Assembly: GCA_041660885.1 (NCBI GenBank)
Contig: JBAZVM010000005.1
Span: forward strand, 23,568-87,567
From: Patescibacteria group bacterium
GTDB lineage: Bacteria; Patescibacteriota; Patescibacteriia; UBA9570; JAHJKD01
DNA length: 64,000 nucleotides
Reading direction: 5' to 3'
Under the pieces are notes generated by a model that was not told the origin of the DNA, ran no database searches, and was given only the letters and a program-made list of their open reading frames with translations. Every line of letters starts with the position of its first letter. The first letter of the stretch is position 1. A program made the position numbers and the translations under genes. Positions 10,350 to 17,836 of the stretch are shown here, piece by piece.

Positions 10350-11366
10350 TTATTTAATTGCTTTTATTAATTTCAATTCTTCCAGAGAAAAAAGGCTGGG
10401 ATTATTTAGGATATCCGTAGAATTTATCAAATCTAACGCCACCAAATAAGATAATACGGAATCAGGTACAGCCAGAGCATCTTTAAAATGATCCAAACTC
10501 TCAAATTTGCTTTTATAAGTTTTTTCCAAAAATAGTTTATATCCCAATATTTGTGAAACCAATTCTATGCCTTGGCGCGAGTAACGCGATAAAGCATGAT
10601 GAAAATATAAATTCAACACCACAAGCGGAGTAAATATAAACGCGGCAAAAAGAATATCGCCGAAATTTTCTTCGCCTCCCGCGCCCATGGCAGCGAGCAA
10701 ACCAATGCATAAAATAAAAAAACCGATAACGCTGTTTTTCTTATTTTTTTTCCATATATAGTATGCGGAAACCGTCATGGGAAAACTAATAAAACATAAA
10801 CCCAAAATAAAATAAACAAATTGATCCCCTTCTATGCCGGAGGGATAATATTGCATCCAAGAAAAACCGCCTATAATGAAAGAAATTGCCACGCCAATAG
10901 CTAAAAAAATGGAATTACTAGAAAAATATGGCTTATATTTTCGCCATATTGCGGTATTTAGTAGCGCGCTCATGTCCCAAGCATCGCCGTGGCTTTTTTG
11001 GCTGATCAATAAACTTATTTCCGGCAAAAGCCAAAGCATATCAAAAATTTCATTTTCCGGGCTGCTTAGTTGATCTTTGACAGACTTGTTTTTTAATTTT
11101 ATTTTAAAGCAATATCCCTTATCTTTTAAAAGATCAATGTATCCTTTGTGATATGCTTCTAGAATGGCCGCTTCTAAGCATTTATCATCGTAATATTTAT
11201 TTAATAAAAAACGCATGGCGGCCGGCGGCAAATTCAAAGGAGGTTCGTACAAAGGAATAACTGTTTTTAAATCCGGATCATTTCCTTTAAAATACCAAAC
11301 AATTACATAATAAATAAAGGTAAGTATAATGGCGCTTGCTAATAATAGAAAAATGCTGTATGTCAT
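10350..11366 (-). CDS. DUF2207-like polytopic membrane protein
   Basis: GNDPDLKTVIPLYEPPLNLPPAAMRFLLNKYYDDKCLEAAILEAYHKGYIDL resembles the central DUF2207 segment (recalled from memory). Several TM helices. Confidence 0.6.
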   Translation of the reverse strand: MTYSIFLLLASAIILTFIYYVIVWYFKGNDPDLKTVIPLYEPPLNLPPAAMRFLLNKYYDDKCLEAAILEAYHKGYIDLLKDKGYCFKIKLKNKSVKDQLSSPENEIFDMLWLLPEISLLISQKSHGDAWDMSALLNTAIWRKYKPYFSSNSIFLAIGVAISFIIGGFSWMQYYPSGIEGDQFVYFILGLCFISFPMTVSAYYIWKKNKKNSVIGFFILCIGLLAAMGAGGEENFGDILFAAFIFTPLVVLNLYFHHALSRYSRQGIELVSQILGYKLFLEKTYKSKFESLDHFKDALAVPDSVLSYLVALDLINSTDILNNPSLFSLEELKLIKAIK

Positions 11367-11395
11367 GGTTTCATTATAACTTATTCTAAGTTAAA

Positions 11396-11953
11396 TTAAA
11401 ATTGCATTTTTCGTAATTCTTTTCTTCTTTTTTTATACTCCGGAATAGCCAGACTTACTAAATGCCAAAATTTTTGGGAATGATTAAATTCCCGTAAGTG
11501 GCACAGCTCGTGCACTATAATATAATCGGCCAAATATTCCGGCAACGATAATATTCTATAATTAAAATTCAAGTTACCTTTTCTGGAACAACTGCCCCAG
11601 CGCGATCTTTGGTTTCTGATGCTTATGCGATTATATGAAAAGTTATATATTTTATTAAACTCTTTAAGCTTATTTTCTATAAAATTTAAAGCTACTTCTT
11701 TTTGCGTAAAATATTCCGCTCGGCTGTTTTTAATAATTATAATATCGGCCTTTTTAAAATATTCCAGCTTTTCCAAAATCCAATCGGCTTTCTTTTTAAT
11801 AAATCTTTCCACCGCAAATACCGGCAAGCCCCACGGCTTGGTGACCACAAAATTACCGTCATGATAAATAGCCAAGCGCATGACGCGGGCTTTGTAGCTC
11901 GTCTTTAAAGTGTAATTTATTTCTTTATCCTGAATTTTTATTTGTTTGCGCAT
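11396..11953 (-). CDS. M48/YgjP-like (DUF45) zinc metallopeptidase
   Basis: HELCHLREFNHSQKFW (HExxH...NH), preceded by WGSCS. Confidence 0.8.
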   Translation of the reverse strand: MRKQIKIQDKEINYTLKTSYKARVMRLAIYHDGNFVVTKPWGLPVFAVERFIKKKADWILEKLEYFKKADIIIIKNSRAEYFTQKEVALNFIENKLKEFNKIYNFSYNRISIRNQRSRWGSCSRKGNLNFNYRILSLPEYLADYIIVHELCHLREFNHSQKFWHLVSLAIPEYKKRRKELRKMQF

Positions 11954-11980
11954 TTACGCCGTTTTATTCCCTGCCGAATA

Positions 11981-12664
11981 TTATATTTTATAAATTACGT
12001 CTTTTCGCTCAAGCACTATTTCCCACCCCGCTTTTTTAGCGCGGGTATACAGCTTTTTATTGGGGTTAAAACAAATGGGCTTTGAAACCAAACGCAAGAA
12101 AGGAATGTCGCTTTCCGTGTCCCCCACGCCCACGGATCCGCGTAAAGTTAAATTATTATGGCTGACCGCTCTTTTAAGAATTTTAGCTTTATCGTCTATC
12201 AAATCGGCGTATAGCACTCGCCCGGTAAAAATTCCTTGCTTATTTGTTTCTAAAATTCTGCCGTACGCTTTATCAAAACCAAAAGAATGGGCAAATTCCT
12301 GCACGATTTCTTTAGGAGAATGGGATATGGCTAAAAGATAATAATTCTTTTTCTTAAGCTGTTTCACCAGATCGCGGCTAAATCGATAAACGCGGTTTTT
12401 ATCCCGGCTGATTATCCGGCGCGCCAAATCACTAAAATCTTTCTGTCGCACGCCTTTAATATTTTTGCCAAACGCTTGCACCACGGCATTGATGTATTTT
12501 TCATATGAATCCTGGCGGTTCAGCCATTTTTCCAGCGCTTGATGGTAGAACTTTTTCGTACTTTTGGGAAAATAGCCTTCGTCCACCAAGGCGTTGGTTA
12601 TTTCTATAACCAAGCTGGAACGAAAGATGGAACCGTCGATATCAAAAATGGCTACTTTCTTCAT
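11981..12664 (-). CDS. HAD family hydrolase
   Basis: VAIFDIDGSIF (DxDG nucleophile motif) and C-terminal GVGDTESD. Confidence 0.8.
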   Translation of the reverse strand: MKKVAIFDIDGSIFRSSLVIEITNALVDEGYFPKSTKKFYHQALEKWLNRQDSYEKYINAVVQAFGKNIKGVRQKDFSDLARRIISRDKNRVYRFSRDLVKQLKKKNYYLLAISHSPKEIVQEFAHSFGFDKAYGRILETNKQGIFTGRVLYADLIDDKAKILKRAVSHNNLTLRGSVGVGDTESDIPFLRLVSKPICFNPNKKLYTRAKKAGWEIVLERKDVIYKI

Positions 12665-12669
12665 AAAAA

Positions 12670-13284
12670 TTATTCGCTAATTACTTCCACTTTTTCCATC
12701 ACCACCTCGGTTAAGGGCTTGTCATTGGCGTCCACTTCTAAAGCCGCAATGGCATCAACAACTTCCATACCCGCGGTTACCTGCCCGAAAATGGTGTAGC
12801 TGTGCGGCAAAGCGTAATCTTGATGCATAATAAAAAATTGGCTGCCGTTGGTATTTGGCCCGGCATTGGCCATGGCCACCGTTCCTCTTACATAACCGCG
12901 CTGATAGGAATCCGTGCTTTCTATCAATTCGTCTTCGAATTGGTATCCCGGCCCGCCCGTGCCTGTACCTGTGGGGTCTCCTCCTTGGATCATGAATCCG
13001 CTTATTACGCGATGGAAAATCACGCCATCGTAAAAACCTTTCTTGGCCAAATCCACAAAATTGCGCACAGTATTGGGCGCGTCATCCCCATATAATTCTA
13101 AAGTAATGTCCCCTTTATTGGTAGTAATTTTTACAACTGGCATGTAATTATTTTTAATTGATAAATTGGTATTCATATTTTTTTCATCCGCTTTGCTTTT
13201 ATCGCCCGATACGGAAAAAACAATAAAAATTATAGCCAGAAACACAAGACCGCTGAATAAAATAATAAAATTTTTTTTAGACAT
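12670..13284 (-). CDS. peptidyl-prolyl cis-trans isomerase (cyclophilin type), membrane-anchored or secreted
   Basis: FHRVISGFMIQGGDPTGTGTGGPGYQFEDE and GTVAMANAGPNTNGSQFFI. N-terminal hydrophobic anchor. Confidence 0.93.
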   Translation of the reverse strand: MSKKNFIILFSGLVFLAIIFIVFSVSGDKSKADEKNMNTNLSIKNNYMPVVKITTNKGDITLELYGDDAPNTVRNFVDLAKKGFYDGVIFHRVISGFMIQGGDPTGTGTGGPGYQFEDELIESTDSYQRGYVRGTVAMANAGPNTNGSQFFIMHQDYALPHSYTIFGQVTAGMEVVDAIAALEVDANDKPLTEVVMEKVEVISE

Positions 13285-13286
13285 AT

Positions 13287-13652
13287 TTATCTTATTGGAT
13301 CAATATAATAAGTTATTAATTCGTCATCTTTTTCCACCGTAACATAATAAGCTCGACCTTGTTGTTCTATCTTTTTAACTAATCCCAAATTTTCTTCCCC
13401 CACTCTCATTTCTTGGCCGATTAATATTTGGTCGGAAATAATTCCGCGAATCACCTCGCCTGAGCGTTCCCCATTTTTTATAACTTCCAAAGCCAAAGGC
13501 ACTTCGTCAGTCGCTTCCGTTGATATTTCATCCGCAGCTATAATAGGCTGATTATCCGGTCCTCGTCCGGTTAATCTATCCATATTACCAAATATGGCGC
13601 GATTTAATGCATTCGCAATGCTGCGCCTTAATTTGTCTCTTGTTCTTTCCAT
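13287..13652 (-). CDS. hypothetical protein (121 aa)
   Basis: Intact ORF with native AT-rich codon usage, tightly packed against the cyclophilin gene. No motif recognised. Confidence 0.6.
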   Translation of the reverse strand: MERTRDKLRRSIANALNRAIFGNMDRLTGRGPDNQPIIAADEISTEATDEVPLALEVIKNGERSGEVIRGIISDQILIGQEMRVGEENLGLVKKIEQQGRAYYVTVEKDDELITYYIDPIR

Positions 13653-13705
13653 ATTTTATTAATTTATCATAAACATTTTTATAAATAAAGACAATACTAT
13701 TAATA

Positions 13706-13735
13706 TTTGACCATATTTAATAATCACATTAAGAT
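13706..13735 (+). promoter_or_regulatory. putative promoter reading into GC-rich island 1
   Basis: TTGACC (13706..13711), 18-nt spacer, TAAGAT (13730..13735), all in AT-rich native-looking DNA just upstream of the island. Confidence 0.35.
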
Positions 13736-13759
13736 TGATTCACAACCAGGAGGAATAAC

Positions 13760-14086
13760 GTGGCACCAAGAGCATTTGTGCTAATACCAGGCCTCGGAGA
13801 AGTTCCGCAGAGCCTCGCTCTGTCGGAGCTCGACTTCAAGGCACTCGACGACGGAGAGAAAGCGTTCTCCGGAATCGTCGGATTCGCTCTCGCGGGCGTG
13901 TTCACGAAGTACGATACCGAATTCGTGCTCACCGATACCGGTGTCGCTATCAGAGACAATCAGCTCTTCCGTGGATGGGCAGGGCTCATCATCGCCATCA
14001 AGCAAGGAAATCGTCTCGCCATTAGGCAGCACCCGAACTGCTTGGTGTGCGAGGATAGTCAATGCCCGCTCAACCCAAAAACCTAG
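13760..14086 (+). CDS. hypothetical protein (108 aa) of foreign, GC-rich composition
   Basis: GTG start 5 nt after a perfect AGGAGGA (13748..13754). High-GC codons (CTC, GAC, TTC, GTC). An antisense 93-aa ORF (13781..14062) has equally high third-position GC, so the strand is not fully resolved. The plus strand is preferred because of the SD and upstream promoter. Confidence 0.5.
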   Translation: MAPRAFVLIPGLGEVPQSLALSELDFKALDDGEKAFSGIVGFALAGVFTKYDTEFVLTDTGVAIRDNQLFRGWAGLIIAIKQGNRLAIRQHPNCLVCEDSQCPLNPKT

Positions 14087-14121
14087 GAGGAGGAACGCCG
14101 CGCTCGAACTGAGCCCGGCTC

Positions 14122-14165
14122 AAGACCCACGGCGAAGACCACAAGTCACATTCAACGTGGGTCTT
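14122..14165 (+). terminator. GC-rich hairpin downstream of the island-1 ORF
   Basis: AAGACCCACG (14122..14131) pairs with CGTGGGTCTT (14156..14165) across a 24-nt loop. Only a weak T tract follows (gcATTTat), so terminator function is uncertain. Confidence 0.3.
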
Positions 14166-14183
14166 CGCATTTATAGAGAAAAA

Positions 14184-14531
14184 TTAATGAGGAAATAAAA
14201 ATTCGCCAACCAGCATAAACACCCAAAACGCGGCGCCTAAAACAGCTGGCACCAAGCCCACCCACATGGCCCAAGAGCGTTCCCCTTTTCTGTACGCCAG
14301 AATCGCCACTACCAAAGCCACGATAGTCATGACAAATACCATTATCACGCTGACAATGCCAATAGTTCCGGCGATGTTTTCGTTCATAGAAGATAAAAAA
14401 GGCATAAGAACCGCTGCGGAAATTCCTAAAATCGGCCCGCTGCTAATAGATATTAAACCTAAAATCATAGATATCCAGCAAATTTTAGTTTTAGGCTTCT
14501 CATTAAAATGACTGATAATTTTTTTTGACAT
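14184..14531 (-). CDS. small polytopic membrane protein (115 aa)
   Basis: Three or four hydrophobic helices, AT-rich native codon usage. Confidence 0.65.
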   Translation of the reverse strand: MSKKIISHFNEKPKTKICWISMILGLISISSGPILGISAAVLMPFLSSMNENIAGTIGIVSVIMVFVMTIVALVVAILAYRKGERSWAMWVGLVPAVLGAAFWVFMLVGEFLFPH

Positions 14532-14546
14532 AATTTTTTTTAATTA

Positions 14547-14954
14547 TTATTTATCTTTTAAAAAATACGCTTCATCTATCCATTTCAACAATTCTTTATC
14601 TATTTCTTTTTTTGTTTTTATATCAATACAAATTTTAAAACTTTTTAATGAAACCGGAACGCTCATTTTTACTCTTTTTTTTGTGAGCTTCCTATTCAAG
14701 CCAAACCTAATTTCCAGCCTGTCCTTTTTCGGCAAGGCCGCGAAAAAATCATAGCGGCCGAATAAATGGATACAACAAGGCAGAGAAATAATCTTGCACT
14801 TGCCAATTTTACTATTAATTTTTTTATATAAAAAATCAAACAGCTCTTTGGCCAAAGCTTTATTTTCAAAATGCTCGGCCAAAGCCATCTTATGACAAGA
14901 ATGAGGCTGCTTGGCTTTTTGAAAAATCCTTTGGCACTTGGGGCATGTCCACAT
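14547..14954 (-). CDS. zinc-ribbon protein, DUF5655-like
   Basis: N-terminus MWTCPKCQRIFQKAKQPHSCH (CxxC...HxC). The overall pattern resembles DUF5655 proteins as I recall them; not verified. Confidence 0.65.
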   Translation of the reverse strand: MWTCPKCQRIFQKAKQPHSCHKMALAEHFENKALAKELFDFLYKKINSKIGKCKIISLPCCIHLFGRYDFFAALPKKDRLEIRFGLNRKLTKKRVKMSVPVSLKSFKICIDIKTKKEIDKELLKWIDEAYFLKDK

Positions 14955-14960
14955 GGGAAA

Positions 14961-15230
14961 TTATAAGCCTAAATATTTCAGCAAGCCATGTACCAAAAAA
15001 GCCGGCCACACGCAGGCTTTTAAAAACCCCAGTACGCCATCCCAAAACGAAGTGGCGGTTTGGATATAATACACCGCGGCGCCGATGAACCCAACGCAAT
15101 ATAAACCTCCAGCACCGGCGTTTTTATAAACTGTTTCTTTTTTAGATTTCTTGCATCCTTTTCCCCATTCCTCGCTAAATTTTTTCCTAAACCATTCTTC
15201 TACGTCTTTCTCGGTTATGTCTTTTGCCAT
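14961..15230 (-). CDS. small membrane protein (89 aa)
   Basis: Charged N-terminus followed by two hydrophobic helices (GLYCVGFIGAAVYYI, ACVWPAFLVHGLL). Confidence 0.6.
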   Translation of the reverse strand: MAKDITEKDVEEWFRKKFSEEWGKGCKKSKKETVYKNAGAGGLYCVGFIGAAVYYIQTATSFWDGVLGFLKACVWPAFLVHGLLKYLGL

Positions 15231-15267
15231 AGTTTTGTCTTATTAATAATATACTTATTATAGCATA

Positions 15268-15531
15268 TTAATTCTTGCTTCGATATTTCAGCCAAATTTT
15301 CTTAGCAAAAGATAGCGAAGCGGTTGATAACACAAAACCGATAGTGGGAATAATGGCGGTAACAAAAGGTTGTTCCGCTTTTATAATGTATAAAAATAAA
15401 CACACTACCAAGTAAGTTAAAATGGCTACTAGTATTATTCTGACCCAGCTGGTTTCCCAGGCTTTGTCCCCTTCCACGCGCTTATTGCGGGATTTAATTT
15501 CGTTGATTTCTGTTTGAAGGTCGTTTCTCAC
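15268..15531 (-). CDS. small membrane protein (87 aa)
   Basis: Coiled N-terminus (EINEIKSRNKRVEGDKAWETSW) followed by two TM helices. Confidence 0.6.
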   Translation of the reverse strand: MRNDLQTEINEIKSRNKRVEGDKAWETSWVRIILVAILTYLVVCLFLYIIKAEQPFVTAIIPTIGFVLSTASLSFAKKIWLKYRSKN

Positions 15532-15697
15532 AAGTCAATTTTAAATTTTTCACACCTTTTAATTATACTCCTAAAAAAGACAAAAATCAAGGTCTTGACT
15601 GTTCATATTTAGATTGATAATTCGTGAACTGCACCCATCGAATCCCTCCAGGTACAGTTGTTGGAATTCTGATGGGTATCCCCCTTTTGTTTTCCTC

Positions 15698-16486
15698 CTA
15701 CAGCGGGTACTTGTCGGCGAGAGCCTTCATGGCTCGCAGCGCGATCTCGGACGCCGCTTCCTCGCCGCAGACCGCGAACTCGTTGGTCACGCGGTTCCCG
15801 TAGATGGCGTTGATGGTGCCGCACCGCATGCCACCGTGTGTGGCGCACCACACGAAGATGGCAGCGGACTCCATGGAATAGCACAAGACCCCGCGTTGGA
15901 CCAACTCATCGTGAGTCTGGCGCAGACGCTCGGGGATGTAGCCCATGTCATCGGGGCGCGCTTGCCCTTCGTTGAAGTCATCGGTCGTAGCTTCGATGCC
16001 CACGAAGTGCCTCTTGTTCAGATCCTCGGCCGCTTTTTCCAGTGCGGTCACGATGCGGTAGTCGGCCACGGCCGGATACTGGATGGGCGCCCAGTTGAGG
16101 GATGCGCCATCTAACCGCACGGCCGCGGTTACGATCGCGACATCGCCCGGCTTCGGATTGGCCCACAGGGCGGAACACGATCCTACCCGGATGAAACGCC
16201 GCGCACCGCTGCGCACGGCTTCGGGCAGGACGATGCCCACGCTCGGTCCACCCATGCCCGTGGTGACCACGGAAATGGGCATTCCTTCGTACAATCCGGT
16301 GTAGCTGAGCAGACCCCGGTGATGACCCACCTTGTGAACATCCTCGAAGTAGGTCTCTGCGATCATGGTCGCCCGTTCCGGTGATCCCACGAGCAGGCAG
16401 TGCTCCGCCAGATCCCCTTCACTCGTTTCCAGATGGTACTGTTTGTCGCCGGTCATGGGCCGGTCAGCCTTGGTTTCCTCAGTCAA
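15698..16486 (-). CDS. udp: uridine phosphorylase (PNP/UDP family), foreign GC-rich composition
   Basis: 262 aa, colinear with E. coli Udp as I remember it: VVTTGMGGPSVGIVLPE, RFIRVGSCSAL, GDVAIVTAAVRLDGASLNWAPIQYPAVADY, YSMESAAIF. TTG start 8 nt after AAGGAG (16500..16495). Strongly G/C-ending codons. Confidence 0.9.
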   Translation of the reverse strand: MTEETKADRPMTGDKQYHLETSEGDLAEHCLLVGSPERATMIAETYFEDVHKVGHHRGLLSYTGLYEGMPISVVTTGMGGPSVGIVLPEAVRSGARRFIRVGSCSALWANPKPGDVAIVTAAVRLDGASLNWAPIQYPAVADYRIVTALEKAAEDLNKRHFVGIEATTDDFNEGQARPDDMGYIPERLRQTHDELVQRGVLCYSMESAAIFVWCATHGGMRCGTINAIYGNRVTNEFAVCGEEAASEIALRAMKALADKYPL

Positions 16487-16534
16487 ATTTCACACTCCTT
16501 TGTTGCCAACATCATCTTTCGACGAAGTAACACA

Positions 16535-16563
16535 ATGTTATCAAACGAGTATATTCTAGTCAA
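16535..16563 (-). promoter_or_regulatory. putative promoter of udp in AT-rich DNA
   Basis: Minus strand reads TTGACT (16563..16558), 17-nt spacer, TAACAT (16540..16535), followed by a ~40-nt leader to the SD. Confidence 0.35.
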
Positions 16564-16572
16564 AATAAAAAG

Positions 16573-16589
16573 TCCTCTTATGTGGAGGA
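16573..16589 (-). terminator. weak hairpin plus T-run after the glycosyltransferase gene
   Basis: Minus strand reads TCCTC-cacataa-GAGGA followed by CTTTTTATTTT. The stem is only 5 bp. Confidence 0.3.
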
Positions 16590-16614
16590 GATAATACAAT
16601 CGCAAATAAAAAAC

Positions 16615-17754
16615 TTACAACAAATAATACAAATCTTCTGTTTTTTTAACTATGCGCTCCCAATTGTATTTATCTTTAATAAAATTACGCGCTTGCTCCC
16701 CTGTTTTCTGAACAAGATCTTTATGCTTGATGAGATAAATCATTTTTTCCGTTAAATCGGAAACATTGGAAACTTTAAAAGGAATGCCGAAGTGGCCGAT
16801 GGTTTCCAGATTTTCCGGAATGTTGGAAATCAAAGCGCACCTGGCAAAGCTCATGGCTTCCAGAATGGCAATGGAAAGGCCTTCTGATTCCGAAGGATGA
16901 ACATAGAAATAAGCGTGCGCGTAAAGCTGGTCTAATATTTGACCGCGCTGAAAACCGATAAAAATAATATTTTTATCTTCCTTGGCGATTTCTTTTAAAT
17001 AGGCTTCGTAATCCGGGGTGTAGCTGGAAGCACCCGCGATTAACAACTTCATGCCCCCTCTGATATCTTTGGGAATTTTTTTGAAAGCCTCTATCAGATA
17101 ATGAATGCCCTTATGTCGAACCAGCCGAGCCACGGTAATAATATATTTTTGCGGGGTAAGATGCCATTTTTTTAAGCGGTCTGTACCGGTTATTATTTTT
17201 GTATCCATGCCATTGGGAATGTAAGCGATTTTTTTATTAAAACGCTTTTGGCAGTATTTTTGTATGGCGTGGGAAACCGCGATAGTGGCGTGCGGAAAAT
17301 ACAAAGCCGCCCATTCGCCAAAACTGAGATACAATCGGGCAACGGCTCCCCATTTTTTATGGAAGCGATCAATAGAATGAAAAGTAACCACCACTTTAGC
17401 GCGCGGCTTGAATAATCTGGGTATCCAGCACAAAGTGGCCGGCCCTACGCCATGGTAATGAATGATATCCACGGGCTGAAAAAGCACATGCAAAGAAGAT
17501 AGAAAAACATAAGTCCAGGTATCCAAATGCTTGGTGCGTATAGAAGGTCGGCGGATTAGGCGAATCCCCTGCCAAACATCTTGTTTGGTGGCCATATATT
17601 TCGGCCGCACGTAAACGGTTACTTGATGCCCTTGTTTAGCCAGATGCGTGGATAAATCCTCCACTTGCACATCTACCCCGCCGTCATGATAAAACGGCAC
17701 GGACTTTTGGCCGATCATGGCAATGCGCAATGGCTTGTTTTTTTTGTTATTCAC
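16615..17754 (-). CDS. glycosyltransferase family 4
   Basis: RIAMIGQKSVPFYHDGGVD N-terminus and HPSESEGLSIAILEAM (E-x7-E). Start codon GTG at 17754. Confidence 0.9.
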   Translation of the reverse strand: MNNKKNKPLRIAMIGQKSVPFYHDGGVDVQVEDLSTHLAKQGHQVTVYVRPKYMATKQDVWQGIRLIRRPSIRTKHLDTWTYVFLSSLHVLFQPVDIIHYHGVGPATLCWIPRLFKPRAKVVVTFHSIDRFHKKWGAVARLYLSFGEWAALYFPHATIAVSHAIQKYCQKRFNKKIAYIPNGMDTKIITGTDRLKKWHLTPQKYIITVARLVRHKGIHYLIEAFKKIPKDIRGGMKLLIAGASSYTPDYEAYLKEIAKEDKNIIFIGFQRGQILDQLYAHAYFYVHPSESEGLSIAILEAMSFARCALISNIPENLETIGHFGIPFKVSNVSDLTEKMIYLIKHKDLVQKTGEQARNFIKDKYNWERIVKKTEDLYYLL

Positions 17755-17763
17755 GATGTAATT

Positions 17764-17787
17764 CTAATTCGTCTTGCCTAATTCGTC
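17764..17787. repeat. 10-bp direct repeat in a divergent promoter region
   Basis: CTAATTCGTC (17764..17773), ttgc, CTAATTCGTC (17778..17787). 14-nt periodicity. Confidence 0.5.
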
Positions 17788-17836
17788 AAAATTATATTAG
17801 AATATAGAGAGAAAAAATTAAACATACATAATAAAT

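Noticed and set aside
13781-14062. Minus-strand 93-aa, highly acidic ORF in island 1 as the real gene (a possible DNA-mimic-like protein).
   Set aside because: It has only a TTG start with no SD, and an in-frame TGA lies just upstream. The plus-strand ORF has AGGAGGA-5 nt-GTG and a promoter. I kept it as an explicit alternative because base composition cannot discriminate between the strands.
15609-15638. 9-codon mini-ORF (MGAVHELSI) after udp as a genuine micropeptide gene.
   Set aside because: Its first codons are GC-rich and its last codons are AT-rich. It is better explained as the truncated 5' end of a donor gene fused to host sequence at the junction.
15614-16114. Plus-strand 166-aa ORF and several other 60-90-aa ORFs inside island 2 (for example 15609..15884, 15787..15981, 15978..16178, 16083..16304).
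   Set aside because: These are long stop-free shadow frames, as expected in GC-rich DNA antisense to or overlapping udp. Their R/G/P-rich sequences do not look protein-like.
15698-16486. PNP-domain immune effector, meaning an ATP nucleosidase of the type found in Detocs or CBASS-associated systems.
   Set aside because: The protein is full-length and colinear with housekeeping uridine phosphorylase. It has no fused sensor or receiver domain, and no partner kinase or cyclase genes lie nearby.
13740-16490. Integron-like cassette array, with GC-rich cassettes carrying attC sites.
   Set aside because: There is no integrase. The island-1 tail lacks the RYYYAAC...GTTRRRY core sites. The genes have mixed orientation and their own promoters.
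13740-16490. Metagenomic assembly chimera as the explanation for the two GC-rich islands.
   Set aside because: This is not fully excluded, but both islands are short, internal and flanked on both sides by native sequence. They begin and end at gene-signal boundaries and sit behind AT-rich promoters, which does not look like a typical contig-join artefact. Read mapping is still needed.
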